Assembly: GCF_003704095.1 (NCBI RefSeq)
Contig: NW_020845543.1
Coordinates: 310,001 to 374,000 of the forward strand
Direction of reading: 5' to 3'
Length of the DNA: 64,000 nucleotides
Source of the DNA: Pocillopora damicornis
Lineage: Eukaryota
Positions 1 to 12,810 of this stretch are shown here, piece by piece (positions within the stretch are counted from its first letter, which is position 1; the number at the start of each line of letters is the position of its first letter). The translations under genes and the position numbers were made by a program. The notes below the pieces were generated by a model, which was not told where the DNA came from, did not search any database, and saw nothing but the letters and a program-made list of their open reading frames with translations.

Positions 1-3000
1 GCAAGCTGTGAATCAATCCAGTTTATGCATCATTTTCTCATAGCACAGGGTCTATATCGCATTTATTATCACGGGAAGGTAAGATCTGTTATTAGAAGAT
101 CAACAAATGCGTTCGAACGATCGAAAAGGTACTTTTGTTAATTGAGGAAATTCTGCAAATAAACTTTGACAAGAGTGATATCTCTACAAATACATTGATT
201 TGTATGAATTCTAAACAGTTACTGGGAAAGAGGTACGAAACGATGCCGGGGTGAATTTATTTGAGCATGATATGCTTTCATGTACCCTTTCAGTTCGATT
301 TAGACTCTAATTTTGAGTTCTTTCCTTTAAATGGATCAATTTGTTTACGCAAATTAATATTTTAGGAAAGGTCTCCCGAGATCTCGCTGGCATACATAAA
401 ATCCAATTTTAATTTCCATATTTTGTCTTCAAACTAACTGAATACATCTAATGATTTTGAACTAAGTAGAATTTGGAGAATAACAACATTTCAGACGCTG
501 TGCTTCACAAAATCGTCAAGTTTTTATTTTGGAAAAAATTCCTCACAGTTTATGGCCAAAAATTCAACCTTGATCAATACAAATGTGTTTTAAACTCTTT
601 TCATGAGCATGAACTTTCACTCTGTCCCAATGGCCTAGAAATTTCATTAAAATATTCAGACAAGAATACCTCAGATAAATCCAATTGCGCCTACTGTCAT
701 TCATCATAGTTTTTTTTATGTTGCCAATTTCCGCGAGTGACGTTGTTGTGTAAACAAAGGCATACAGTTGAAGTTGATGACTTTAGCTTTCAGCCAATTA
801 TGATATAGCGTGTAGGGGATCAATTCCAGGCTCGTATAAGCGACTTTTGTATTAACTAATTGAAATTTTAACGGCATAAATTTACATGGAAAGGGATATG
901 GGACTAGAAATCTATCCAGATGTCACAAGACAGGTGAGAATTAGCTTACCACTATTTTAATTCCAACCTTAGTCTGTTGACACGAGTATTTATCGTTAAT
1001 TCTGACATACGCGAACATCGGTTAGTCGAATCGATCAGGAAAACCAGTATCTCCTGGATCTACTGCAAAGAAAAAGGTTGGTTTACCCTAAATATCAATT
1101 CAAGCTTAGTTCCCTAGCTTTCTTTTACTGATTGTGTTTGCATCGCAGGGGTCAGATTAAGAACGTTTCTCAATTTTGAAAGCGTTATACACATCTGTTC
1201 TTACTAACGTGCATTGCGGAGGTAGACGATGTATTTCTACTGCAATTAGAACTATGATAACAGACTGTAAGATGGATTTGAACTAACATACAATTTCTGC
1301 AATCACATGAACAAAACTAAGCTCTACGTTAGTTGTCTAATATATCAAACCTCCTCCTGCCATGATACATGTTTGTTCAATCAAAGTGATTGGATTCAAA
1401 TGATAAACAGAGTTGCAGCTATGAATAGAAAGTTTCAGTGTATTCGCTTCAGTGACAATATGGAATATTGCTCTGATAAAAATCGAAGACCAGAAACGTG
1501 GATCTTCTTTAATTTCTTCGACGATTTAAAAAATTGAAGTTGGCAATTTTATGCAGTGCGAACCTTGTGCTCTTCGCACAAACAAGTGAGGCACACAAAA
1601 TAGCAACAAATTTCATTTGACCTGCGGATGAAAATGACAATCGAACACAAATCCAGGTAAGTAAAATATCTCTGGGATTCATTTGCTAATAACACATATA
1701 GAGGAAATAATCACAAATGAAACCATCAAAGCGGCAACAGAGTTAGAAGCTTGTGCAAAGAATAGATGATTAGTTTAGTTTAGTTGATGTACGTGATCAA
1801 AAGGAACAAATTTTTCGGCATGGATTTGTTCAAACCTGTCATGCCTATTCTTCGTCATATTTTGTTGGTCAAATTTTCCTTAGATCAGCCTTACTAACGG
1901 CTAAACGGAAGTCGCCTATTAACAAGTCGATCTCTTCGAGTTATGATTAAAATGAATTTAATTAATATCTACAGCGGCTGCAATGTCAAGTGTAAATAAA
2001 AAATAAAAATAAAAGTGCAAAGATATATTCCTTGCTACTACTGACACTTGATATTAGTTATTTCAATTATAATTTATTTTAATCTTTAGAAAAGATTTCA
2101 ACGTGTTTTCCGGCAGAGTTAATGTTCACTGTCAGTCTCGTTGTTTACTTACTCTACTTTAGTATGTAATGTTTACCACTGTAGATCAAGGTAAGCCATG
2201 GTAAGCCAAGCCAAGCCTACTAAATTGTACGAGCCTGGAATTCACGGATGTCTTGGATGGGTAATTTTGAAAATCTTTCCTGACCTATCAAGGAATAAGA
2301 AATAATTTAATAGGTATATTCATGTCAGACATGTCAGCAGTGAATGATAAAAATTTATTATAACAATAATGCAGCCAAACGAAGGCTGACTCTTAGGTCT
2401 TCCAGTTTGCCGCTCTTACCCCGGTGTCCAATCAATGAACTCAAATCCTTGCATTGGTGATCACAAAAACATGAGGGAGCCGAAACTTCTCACGTTATTC
2501 TCTATAATAGAGTACACGAAAATTTAACTCAGGTTTTGAAAATCTGAGGTTCGAACATTCCTTGACAGGTCTGCTTTTCAGCTCTGTCACCAAAATGTTT
2601 ATCTTTATCACGAAGGAACACAGAAAAATAATTTTTTGTTTTATTGACTAGCACGTGTGTGTGGATACAAAGTGTGATGCAGCCATGAAAAAAGGTATGT
2701 GCGGATGGTCGAACGAGAAAGCCTAACATCACGACCAAACTTTATCATCTTGTTAAAATAACCGTATTTTCTCACTTATGCGCTCCGCTATAACTCTTAA
2801 AAAATAAAACAAATGTATTTTTTAGCGCCGGGATTTATGTTGTCGATATTTGATACCGTTAAAAACGTTGTTTTAAATTCATGTAAATCATCATTTATTA
2901 AAGTTGTGAATACGAGACAATATTTTGATATTTAAAAACTGTTCTATGTAATTATTATATTTCATGAACCAGAAAATGAAATGAAATGGAATTTACAATT

Positions 3001-3255
3001 CCAAGGACCCTCTCATTCTATCCAAAAAAATGAAGAGTTTTCAATGAAGTCAGCATTGATAACCACTGTTCGCGATCCAGAGGACGTATGTTGCCCCTTT
3101 GCAGCAATAAACGCTGTGGCCCCCATCATAGCTGTTTTTTGAATTTCACACAGGGCTCCACCGGTTGCATAGCATTCCCGGAGAATATACGACAATTTGA
3201 ACATTTACATACATGCTTCATTGGGATGAGCAAGGGATCACGTTCAAGTACTTCT

Positions 3256-3825
3256 ATGTATTCGAGGTTCTGGTTGGTAATTGCATTTTTGACTTATCGC
3301 ATTCGTACAAATAAAGTTAGTGGCCAGTGTCACACAGCGGAATACTCTGTGAGAGGAATGTACCTCCGTGGTCACACGTTTAAAAACGTCCAAGTGGAAT
3401 TACATGAGACGTGCTACTTCAAGTGCACGGAAGAAGTCACATGTCAGAGCTACAACTTCGTCATTGGTCTTAACATATGTGAGCTAAACAATCGTACAAA
3501 GGAAGCAAGACCAGAAGATTTTTTGCCAGATGAGATGAGATACTACATGAAGCGTCTTACTAACAGAGGTTGTTATCATGTTGATAGAGAAGTCTTAGAC
3601 ATAAGTTCAAAAAACTTTATTTACCTCTCTTGAGCTTCTGATTTCTCCACTAACTGAGCTATAGAAAGCTTATTGGAGACTTGAGGCTATACACCACGTT
3701 AGTTCGAAAGTATGGGTCTAACTAGGGTAATTTAGTATTATCAACTAAGTTGATAACGTAAATTGGCCACCGTTTCGAGTTTTAAAGCTGACGTTTCGAT
3801 CGTTAGTCTTTCGCTGAATGTTATA

Positions 3826-3862
<37 letters not shown>

Positions 3863-5677
3863 ATAACCCCCTTTATTCTTATGCCTCTTACTATCGAGTT
3901 TGAAGTCCGTTCTGTAAGTTACGGACCGGGTTTTTTCTGCTCGGATTTATGGCCCAAGCTCAACATACGTAAGATATAAATACGAGCAGAAAAAAACCAA
4001 GTTCTATAACTTATAATAGAAACCGAGAAATAAGGTTAGACATTTTTTATATCTGTAGGATCAAATGGAGAGAGAAGATTTCAATTCAAAAAAAAATTCC
4101 AATAATCTATTTTTACGCATTGCAACCCATTCTCTTGTGATCAGTTACGTCTGAGACTGAAGCTAGAGGGCTCAACAGAGATTTAGAAAAGGGACTTCGC
4201 TAAACGATGGTTCAAACGACGAGGGTCAGTCGCTAATTGGTCAGTTCGGAAAGTTTACCAGCAATCTTTCATCTACTTGCGAGCGGATATGTCGCACATT
4301 ATTCATAGATCATTAGAGATGCACAGAACTTCTTCCTTGAGAAGATGACAGTTGCAAACTATCTTTCCGAATTTGCAAATGAATGAATCCCTTCCTCGCA
4401 TGAAAGGCCTTCTACTTAGCCTAATTTTGATAGTTAGGAGGTTTGTAACCCATTCTATTGCTATCGTATAGTACCCCTGGGATCTATCGCCGAGCTTCCA
4501 GCTGAATCGTGCACAGAGGTTAGAGCAAGTGAAGGAAATGATGTGGAAAATACGAAACACTGGATATACTCTGATGAGAAAAGTTTGCCAATAGAGGCTC
4601 TTTGTGAAGGTAATCATATATTATAGTCAGTAACCACAGAAAGGTCTGATCCTAAAGAAATTCTATCACAAAGCTGACGACACGTCATTAGATTTTGGAA
4701 CTGGAAACCTATTGGTCCACTTATTTAAAAACAGCAATTTAGTCAGTTTGTCACCTTATTAGTCGACCTGTCTGTACGTTTAAAGGTCCATCGATTGAGA
4801 ACCTAAGTGTTATAGGGGTATGTAATTTGTCTATAAGTTCTAACAAGTAATTCGATGCAACTAATCGCAAATAATAGTAAATTTTTATAGACTGTCCTAA
4901 AGAGTGCTGCATTAAATATACACCATTGCCCGTCCGATTGGTGTGGAATGTTCCAGTACTGGACTACAATGGACTCACGGTAACTTTATTCAGCAAACAT
5001 CCAAGCTATATCCTTATGTCTACATTCAAACTGTTTATGATTACAAAGTTAATTATTGAAAAAAATAGTAACGCCCACTACTAATAGCCACGTGTTCATT
5101 TCCAGGGGGAGCTAGGTCCTTACCTGATGAAGACCTCAGAAACGTTGATTGTTTTAATTTAAAGTTCTTATTTTTTATCAATTTCATTATAGGTAGCTGG
5201 CAGAAGGTAAATGGTGAATATTCTGTCTGCTTTGGAGCGAAAGATAACCAGTATGGTTCCGTGACAATCCCCAAAAGTGGACGTCTCCGAGCCATGAAGC
5301 TCATCCACAAATCAGGATCGTTACGCTGCAATCGCGTAACTGGCTCATCGTTCTGGGGTTGCACTTACCGTGCATATAATGGAACACTATCGACAATTAT
5401 AACAGATGCTGATAAAAACGCCGTCCTACCTCCTGATGAAGACCTAGAAGGGTTTGATGTCTCACAATCTCACGAATGTGGCACCGAAAAACACTTTTAC
5501 AGTCTCGATGGGACCAGCCACAATTCTACTGTACTGGTTTTTCGCAACCTTTCGAATCCGTTGTCTGTGTCACGCGATCAAGAGTTGCAGATATGGTACG
5601 GGCAAGATCTGAAAGACTGTTCGGAACGTGGGAACAGTGGTAAAACTTGTGTTGATGTGTTTGCATGGTACGAGTAA
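3256..5677 (+). CDS. Secreted PAN/apple-domain protein, paralog 1 (3 exons: 3256-3568, 4472-4609, 5193-5677; 311 aa)
   Basis: Exons join through GT-AG introns in phase 1/1 (936 nt). Hydrophobic N-terminus (MYSRFWLVIAFLTY), then a PAN-type Cys pattern (GMYLRGHTFK...CYFKC...CQSYNF...CELNNRTKEARPEDF...YYMKR). Exon 2 has the PAESCxEV...HWI...ALCE motif seen at the start of fibrinogen/COLFI-like domains. Exon 3 is a Cys-rich domain ending CVDVFAWYE*. Exon lengths match the paralog at 19167-20927. An in-frame upstream ATG lies at 3226. Confidence 0.85.
3724..3879 (-). mobile_element. Penelope-like palindromic repeat, copy A (degenerate hammerhead on minus strand)
   Basis: Shares ttatcaact(c/a)agttgata, aaattggccaccgt, gctgacgtttcga and ccaccgacgcagcaccacagtttct blocks with copies at 24866, 45163 and 60011. 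Lies in intron 1 of PAN paralog 1. Confidence 0.65.
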
Positions 5678-8600
5678 GAGAACCGTCACTCAGAAAAAAT
5701 TTCAATTGAGTACCAAAAGTCAGCTTTCGTTTTGTTTTAGTTCGTTCTTTGGTTTAGGAAATTCTTACCATCTCCTCAATAAATCAGATTCAATCCTAAA
5801 GCCAATCATGACTTTGCTTTTTGGTTTAATTGGGTTTTGCGTCCTCATCTTGTTCCCCTGTTTCATTATTTTGGTTTCGCTCTTACGAACGAGCCACCGT
5901 CGAAATCTCTACTGCCAGACTAGTACATTACTTCTGAGCATGTTTAATCTGCTGATACTGAATAGTACCAGCAGATATCGAAAAGTACCAGCAGATTAAA
6001 GTAGTAACACAGAGGTTGAGGTTACTTTCCACCTCGCGGGTGTCCTTCAGGAAAAAAACTTTGTACGCGCGCTAGTTTCACTAAAACCCTAGCCAACTAT
6101 TTATCAGAAGAAAGCTTAATGATGGCAGTTTACGATAAAAATATAATTTAAGCGACTTTTCTTTTAGGGAAGTGTCAAGAGCCGGTAAGGCGTGAAACGA
6201 ACGAAGATTCTCCTAATGAATTTATCAGGTATCGGATTGCGCAGCACTAGCAAAATGGCTGCACAGTCTCACTCACAAGGTATCAATCAACGAGTGTGTC
6301 AGGCTTTTTCGACCCTCTGATTGGTTTTCTAGGTATCGGCATCCAAAGTTGGAGAGACTAAAAATATGCGTGGCATGTTACATTAGTGGACGCTACAGGA
6401 TTCAAATACCAAAATTTCCCGACACAATTTCGTTTGTCATTATTCCTAGAACGTTTTGGCGAAATTGGACAAAAATAGGTCAAATCTATATACCCTATAG
6501 ATTCGCTCAAAGTGGTTGTATTCCTTTCAGATTCAAATGGGAGATTTAAGTTCACGAAGGATCGCAAACAACTCGCGTCACGCCAGGAGATTATCTGATT
6601 ATCTCGCCTTCTGAAACCGCAAACCAATGGGACAACGAGACCTCCTAGCGTCAATGACGATGGATCAATGTTTCCCGGGAAAAGTAACCCATTGCCAAAG
6701 GAAAGGAAAACCCGCAACAAAAATGAAAAAACCGGAAAATGTGCTGAGGAGTAAGACAACGAATCGACATAAACTTTCAAAATTACGATTCGAGGCGATT
6801 GATAACGTTTTGGTATCAAAGCTGGTACCTGCATAAAGAAAAGGAAAGCTCGTTTTTGACATCATGCATGGCAAATTATGGTTTGACGGCGACTTCTTTG
6901 TTCAAAATCTGGTGAAGTTCCGCCAGCACCAGTCGCTTTTATTTTTTTTTTTACCAAGGACTTTCTTCCACTTTTTATTTTTCTATGAGCAAAGATTTTT
7001 CCATAACCAAGAGTTTCCACGTATGAATTTTGTAAAGAGCGCGATGCATATAAAATATGGAAATAACATGAAAAACGAGCCCCAAGGTTGAGCGGTTGCC
7101 ACGAAAATCCCCCAGGGAACTTGCCCAGGTCCGAGATTATGACATCTTCCTCATTTGTTAACTTTATTTGAAAACACATTTTCTAAATAACTAGGGTGCT
7201 TTTAAAGATTTCAGAAAATTTTTTTATCGAAACTTTAGGTTGAATGTTTGAATTCAGTTTAGTCAAATACAAGAAAAATCGATTTTTCGGCCTCTGAAGG
7301 TGGGAAGTAACCTTAACTCATGCAAGTCTTTATTTGGGCATCGTGGTTCACTGTTTGTGCTACAAGGTAAGCAGAATAAAAATCGCGTTTTCTCCGTCGG
7401 CTGCGCCTCGTGGCTAACGAACTTTTCGAGTGTTCTCCTAACATCCAAAGTTGTATATTAGCTGGTAAACCGATGGAAAATGTGGTTGTGCTTAAATAAC
7501 CGATAACTTTAGTGGTCCAGGTTTTGTTACGAAGGTACAAACTAAAAATTGTAAAAAGATAAGTTGTGGGGTGAAACATTGAAGCTGAAATGAACCAACT
7601 CAAAGATTTTATTTTCATTTTAGGAAATACCCATAGAATATTTTTTTATATATTACGCATTAGTTAGATATCATTAACATGGAATGTTTTCCGTCTGAAA
7701 CGGCTCTTGTTTCTCTAAGGTTAATCAGACGTTGCATTCAATTTTTTTGTTTTTGTTACTTTGGGCGTTGGAAAAAAAACATTTTTTTAACTGACTTATT
7801 AACATAAACCATTAGTTGAAGGTAACTGTCGGGGAAGATTATGATGACCACTGCCAGATTGCAGAAGCATTCTCAGTTTTAGCATTCTGATATACAATAG
7901 ATTTAGGTGCTGTTTGAGATTTTACCTTTTTACCTTTCGAGCTTCGCCGCTGATCCCTCAGCGCTGGCACACCAAACCACCATCCAGGCAGGCTATATTC
8001 CTAACACTTTCAAAGACTTTTCAATACAGAAAATATTTTGAAAAATTTGGGAATAAAATACTTTTTCTTGCTCGAAAAATGCCTAAAATTAGCCAAGATA
8101 AGGAAAAACCGCTGAAGTCGTAAAATTGATTCAAACTTCGAACGTCAAACTTTCCACAAAGTTAATTACTAAAATGATTTTACCTCATAAATAATATTTG
8201 GTCATTAACTCATATTGTTACTTCCAGGCGTTACATCACCTGAACGGAAAAGTACTGACAAATGCATTGATTACCTTTCGCGCGCAGGAAGAAGGCGGCG
8301 AAAGCTAATTTTCTTAATAACTGCTGGGTATCTTTCAAAAGGGCTTTAAAAGTTGACATACAGTTTTCAAGCAAATATGGCCAAGCCTCGTGTTCTCCTG
8401 AATTCAATAATATAGTTGCAAAAGTGGACGGTATCGCTTTCTATCAAGTACTAAGGAACTAATGCTATCTTATATTATGAAGAGATAAGAAGCGCTTTAT
8501 ATCATTTACCCTATGGGAATAAGGTAAATTGTTGTTGTTAAGAGTTTCAAGTTCCCTCTTGATCCCTTGTATACTAACAGCTTGATTGTCTCTGAATGAA

Positions 8601-8881
8601 GGCGTCGAACTAAGAAGTTCGAAAAGAACGCTCTAAGAGCTATGTATCTTCGACAAGTTTTTTTCCTTTGTATGAGCAAACGGTCGAGCAAAATGAATTA
8701 ATAATACGACTGACAATTTGAGTTCACTCAGGCCAGTTAGCCGCCGGAATCATCAAACGGGAAAGCGTAATGATTCATTCGTAATTAACTTATCCTTAGA
8801 TTCATTCCAAGGGATGGATTCATTGAATGTGTCTTATTTTACCTATTTTCGACCCACTTTACTTTAGAATAAACCTTACTG

Positions 8882-9883
8882 CTATGGGGCGAACTGATTT
8901 CCTCCAAGTTCGTGGTTAGCACACCTGATAAAGTTCTTCAGTCCCCTAGAATAATTTCTACTGAAAAACAAGCATACGCATGGATTTATGGCGCAACTGA
9001 ACTGAGCCAGAACTCTCGCGGCAGCTGCAAAGCTACTGAAGACACAGGAAACGGATAAATTGGATTTATGAAGGTAGGGGAGTAACAGGATAATATTGTG
9101 TGGCAGCCAGCAAAATGTAAAGGCTATGACAATAGTCATGCTCAACTTAAGCAAGTTTTGCTCTCTTTTAACTCTTTGCCTTTGGATGTCCACCGAGTGT
9201 TCTCCAGGAATCCTCTCCGATTTGATCCTCGAATACATGACAATGTAGAGCATGGTGATAAAACTCAAAGTCAAGAAAGTTAGGATACTGAAAATTGAAA
9301 CTGCGTAAACACCAAAAGCACTATTCACCCAAACGTTACAAGTTTGTGTTCTATGCGAGTCATAGAGAACTTTAGACTCGAAGAGAAATGGAGTGCACGT
9401 GATCATCCCAATAATCCAAGTGGCTAAAATAAGAATTAAGCAGAGCTTTGAGCTGATGAAAGGTGATCGGAGAGGAAATAACACAGCTAGAAAACGATCC
9501 ACTGCTATTAGAACCATACTTTGAAAGGACACAGTTACAGAGACATATGGTAAAAAGACAACCAGCTTACACAAGGTTTGGCCAAGAGAACCACCGATCG
9601 TCCAGGAGTCCAATAATCTTTTGGTTACACTGAGCGGTAACAGGATAATCGAAAAGAGCAGATCAGTCATGGCCATGTTGACAATGAAAAAATTGATTGG
9701 TCTTCTCATGTTTTTCGTCCTGTTGACAATTACACCGATAACGATGTTACCACCGAATGAAACAACAAACGATAGGCAAAGAGCGAAAGTCTCACCAATT
9801 TTCTTTGCCGAAGGATCGAAACAGCTCGATGTCCTCACCAAAGCATGGGAACCATTCAGTTTTAAACTCAAGTTTGGGAACAT
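8882..9883 (-). CDS. Rhodopsin-class (class A) GPCR, neuropeptide-receptor-like, intronless, 333 aa
   Basis: Seven hydrophobic segments with class A motifs: TM1 GN, TM2 NMAMTD, TM3 CK...IAVDRF, TM4 W, TM5 LY, TM6 FTFCWLP, TM7 AINPCVC. N-terminal N-glycosylation sequons (NLS, NGS). Ligand class cannot be assigned. Confidence 0.92.
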   Translation of the reverse strand: MFPNLSLKLNGSHALVRTSSCFDPSAKKIGETFALCLSFVVSFGGNIVIGVIVNRTKNMRRPINFFIVNMAMTDLLFSIILLPLSVTKRLLDSWTIGGSLGQTLCKLVVFLPYVSVTVSFQSMVLIAVDRFLAVLFPLRSPFISSKLCLILILATWIIGMITCTPFLFESKVLYDSHRTQTCNVWVNSAFGVYAVSIFSILTFLTLSFITMLYIVMYSRIKSERIPGEHSVDIQRQRVKREQNLLKLSMTIVIAFTFCWLPHNIILLLPYLHKSNLSVSCVFSSFAAAARVLAQFSCAINPCVCLFFSRNYSRGLKNFIRCANHELGGNQFAP

Positions 9884-10728
9884 TTTCTAACCCAACTCTA
9901 TCACGTCATTTCTGCTCAGGCTGTGTTAGCAAGACTCCCCCGCATCGCCTCAGATCGTCTTTGTTCCCTCAATTAGTTTTATTTTCCTTGATATCTTCTC
10001 AAACGCTAACAGCTGTGTTCATATCGTGAACATTTTACAATTAATCAGCCGGAATCTTTTGTACAGCTGTCAAGAGAAAAAAACCGAATTACTGGACGAG
10101 ACAAAAAAGCTAAAATAGACCCTTCCGAAAGTTTTGTTTTAACTGACATTTGACATTTGGCAACGAAATAATTAATAATGTCTAGCTATCTCTCCATGCT
10201 GGATAACGCGCACGCCAATTACATTCTGCCAAAATGATAGAAGAAATATTGTATTGTGCAACACTCTAAACCTTTTTGACGACTTAAAAACCAGCTGGTG
10301 ATAGCTGGAATACATTATTTTTTGAGTGAAATTTTACCCCGTATCTTATTTAACTTAAAATGTTATCCCACACACGCCATTTTTTCTATCAAACATCAAT
10401 GCCATAAATCTTTTACTGACCAAAATATTTTCACCTCTGCTCTACTGTCATCATCTTCAAACTAGTAATGTTACAATACACCTCACCCATGCATATCAAT
10501 TTTAGCTCTCATATTCCCCCAGTCTTTTATTACTCCACTCATCCCATTGTCAATAAAAGAGGAGAAACTCGAAGGGCAACACTGAGCGATTTACGGGAGT
10601 ATCCATATGGAAACCTATTATGTTTGAATATTTAGCTAAGTGCTACTGATTATTTGTCGGCAGATGTTAAAGAAAAATGTCAACACTTTTTTCGAAAACC
10701 ATAACTAGAGGGACCAAATCAAGGCTTT

Positions 10729-10828
10729 NNNNNNNNNNNNNNNNNNNNNNNNNNNNNNNNNNNNNNNNNNNNNNNNNNNNNNNNNNNNNNNNNNNNNNNN
10801 NNNNNNNNNNNNNNNNNNNNNNNNNNNN
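10729..10828. other. Assembly gap (100 N)
   Basis: Run of exactly 100 N; the true gap size is probably unknown. Confidence 0.99.
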
Positions 10829-11603
10829 TTAAGAAGTAACCAGGCAAAACTGGACGGCAGCCCGGCCAGCGAGGTATAAAACCTAACACGATACTAAGAC
10901 CCAACTTAAGTACATTTTGTCCCCTTTTTACTCGCTGCTCCTCATTTGTGGACGATCACTCTCCTGGAATCTTGTGGAACTTGATCCTTAGACAGATTAC
11001 AATATAAAGTAAATAAAGAAAATAAAAATCAAGGGAACCAATGAACGAGAATATTAGCAATCTACACCGCATACTTATTTAAGGACTCAGTTTCATGAAT
11101 TCCGCATGTTTGCCTCCCTGCAAAGTCATAAAAACACTTCAAGTCCAAACAGATATGGAGAGTTCTAAGTAACTGATATAATCCAAGTGGTGATAATAAA
11201 GGCAGGGCACAGCTTCAAACTGATGAGTGGGGAGGGAATACCACTGCTCTATTAGAATCATACTCTGAATAGAAATTGAAAGCGAAAAATATGGTAAAGA
11301 GAAAACCACCTTACACAGGTCCTTTGCCAAGAAAACTATCGATCAACCTGGAGTCGCTGAACAGTGCGATTACAATTTGCGGGAACTGTAAAATTGGAAA
11401 CAGCAGGTCAGACATGGCCATGTTTACGATGCAAAATGTTTGCGGGTCTTTTCATACTTTTCCATTTTGTAAACAATTGTACCGATGAAAGTGTTTCCAA
11501 GAAACAACAGAGAAAGAGCGAGGGTCTCTTCGGCTCTCTCAGAGCTCGATGGCTGCTCCTCTCGGCTTGTACCATTCAGAGTTGCGGTCAGATTTGTGGA
11601 CAT
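10829..11603 (-). pseudogene. Decayed tandem paralog of the 8882-9883 GPCR
   Basis: Minus-strand pieces in shifting frames align to the intact GPCR: MSTNLTATLNG.., LGNTFIGTIVYKMESMKRPAN, IVNMAMSDLLFPI, LCKVVFSLPYFSLSISIQSMILI, PLISLKLCPAFIITTWII, LYIVICLRIKFHKIPGE*SSTNEEQRVKRGQNVLKLGLSIVLGF. It has frameshifts, in-frame stops and no DRF segment, and runs into the N gap. Confidence 0.88.
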
Positions 11604-11879
11604 CGATCAAAATGTCGCGTAATTTTTTTCGTTGTTTTATAGTCTTCCACTACATCTAAAAAAAGCTGTTCTCCAAGTGTGCTAAAGCGTCAACCAAATA
11701 GACTTGGATATTTTAATAAGTACTCGCGGTATGTTGAGCAGTGCAAAATCACACTACGATTGATAAGCAAGAACAATTCTCAAATTAACAACCTCAAAAG
11801 TAGATTAGTATTTTGATCAAGCTAACCTGATTTACATTGCCCAAGGTTCATTGTCTACGCGCAACAGTTTAAGGTGATT

Positions 11880-12810
11880 ATGATAATATTTATGCAGGAT
11901 AACCCAGTCAGTGTAAGAAGCACTGGTATCAAAGGAAGTCCTCTTATTAGAGTACTTAGGTAAAATACAAAAGGTCTAAAAGGTAAAAATTCACCAAAAA
12001 TTGTCAGACGGCCGAAAATATATAAAAAGAAGTATACATCTACATATAAAACTTATCATCTAATTAAGAAAAAGGTCTTTAGTCTCACTTGAGAATTCAG
12101 AAGGATTCCTTTGATTTAATATGGCAAGGAAGACGTTAAATTTTATCGCACCAGTAAAATAAAAAGATCTCCTGGCAACCTTTAGGTTGACTTTCGGAAT
12201 ACGAATGTCATTACAGTATCTGGTCGAAACTGTGTGTACAGAGGCATTAAAATAAAAATAATTATTTAGATAAGGTGCTACTAAACCAAAATGTATTTTC
12301 TGCCGATTAACGATACAATGTGAAGTTTACGCCTATTAATCAAGGGTATTAGACCCAAAGTAGCATTCAATTCTTTAGTATCGAGACTAGAATTTGGAAA
12401 AATTTATTTCGCAGCTCTCCGCTGTAGTCCCTCGAGGGCATCAGAGTTAACTTTTCCACATCCGTGCCAAGCTAATCAGTAGTCAAAAATAGGTAAAATG
12501 ATCGTCTTGCAGAGGCGTTCAGCTGCTGCCATGGGAATAGAGATTCTCAGACGCCTAAGGACACCCTTAGACTTTCTGACTACACGCTTAATATGGTTTT
12601 TAAAACTCAAGTGTTTATCAATTATGATTCCAAGATATCTGAAAGAATCAGATTCCATCAAAGTAAGAAGATCTAGTACAGGATAAGATTACATTCCCCT
12701 TTCGCTTCATTCTTTGGTGTGAGCTATAAATTACGAATTCAGTTTTGCTCATATTAGGAAAAAGCTTATTTTCTTGCATCCACGAAGAAATACGTTTGAT
12801 ATCAGTGTTT
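11880..12810 (-). mobile_element. 5'-truncated degenerate non-LTR retrotransposon (CR1/L2-group RT C-terminus plus probable 3' UTR)
   Basis: Minus-strand translation gives WMQENKLFPNMSKTEFVIY and FRYLGIIIDKHLSFKNHIKRVV...KTIILPIFDY, typical of the end of a LINE RT domain. Interrupted by stops and frameshifts; ends approximate. Confidence 0.8.

Noticed and set aside
5114-5150. CTGATGA...GAAACGT resembling a hammerhead core in intron 2 of PAN paralog 1
   Set aside because: The 8 nt between the boxes (agacctca) cannot form stem II, and the sequence instead resembles the coding segment at ~5423-5460 (cctgatgaagacct).
6349-7179. Cluster of overlapping 66-158 aa ORFs on both strands
   Set aside because: No recognisable motifs or splice-consistent structure; probably a decayed repeat or chance ORFs.
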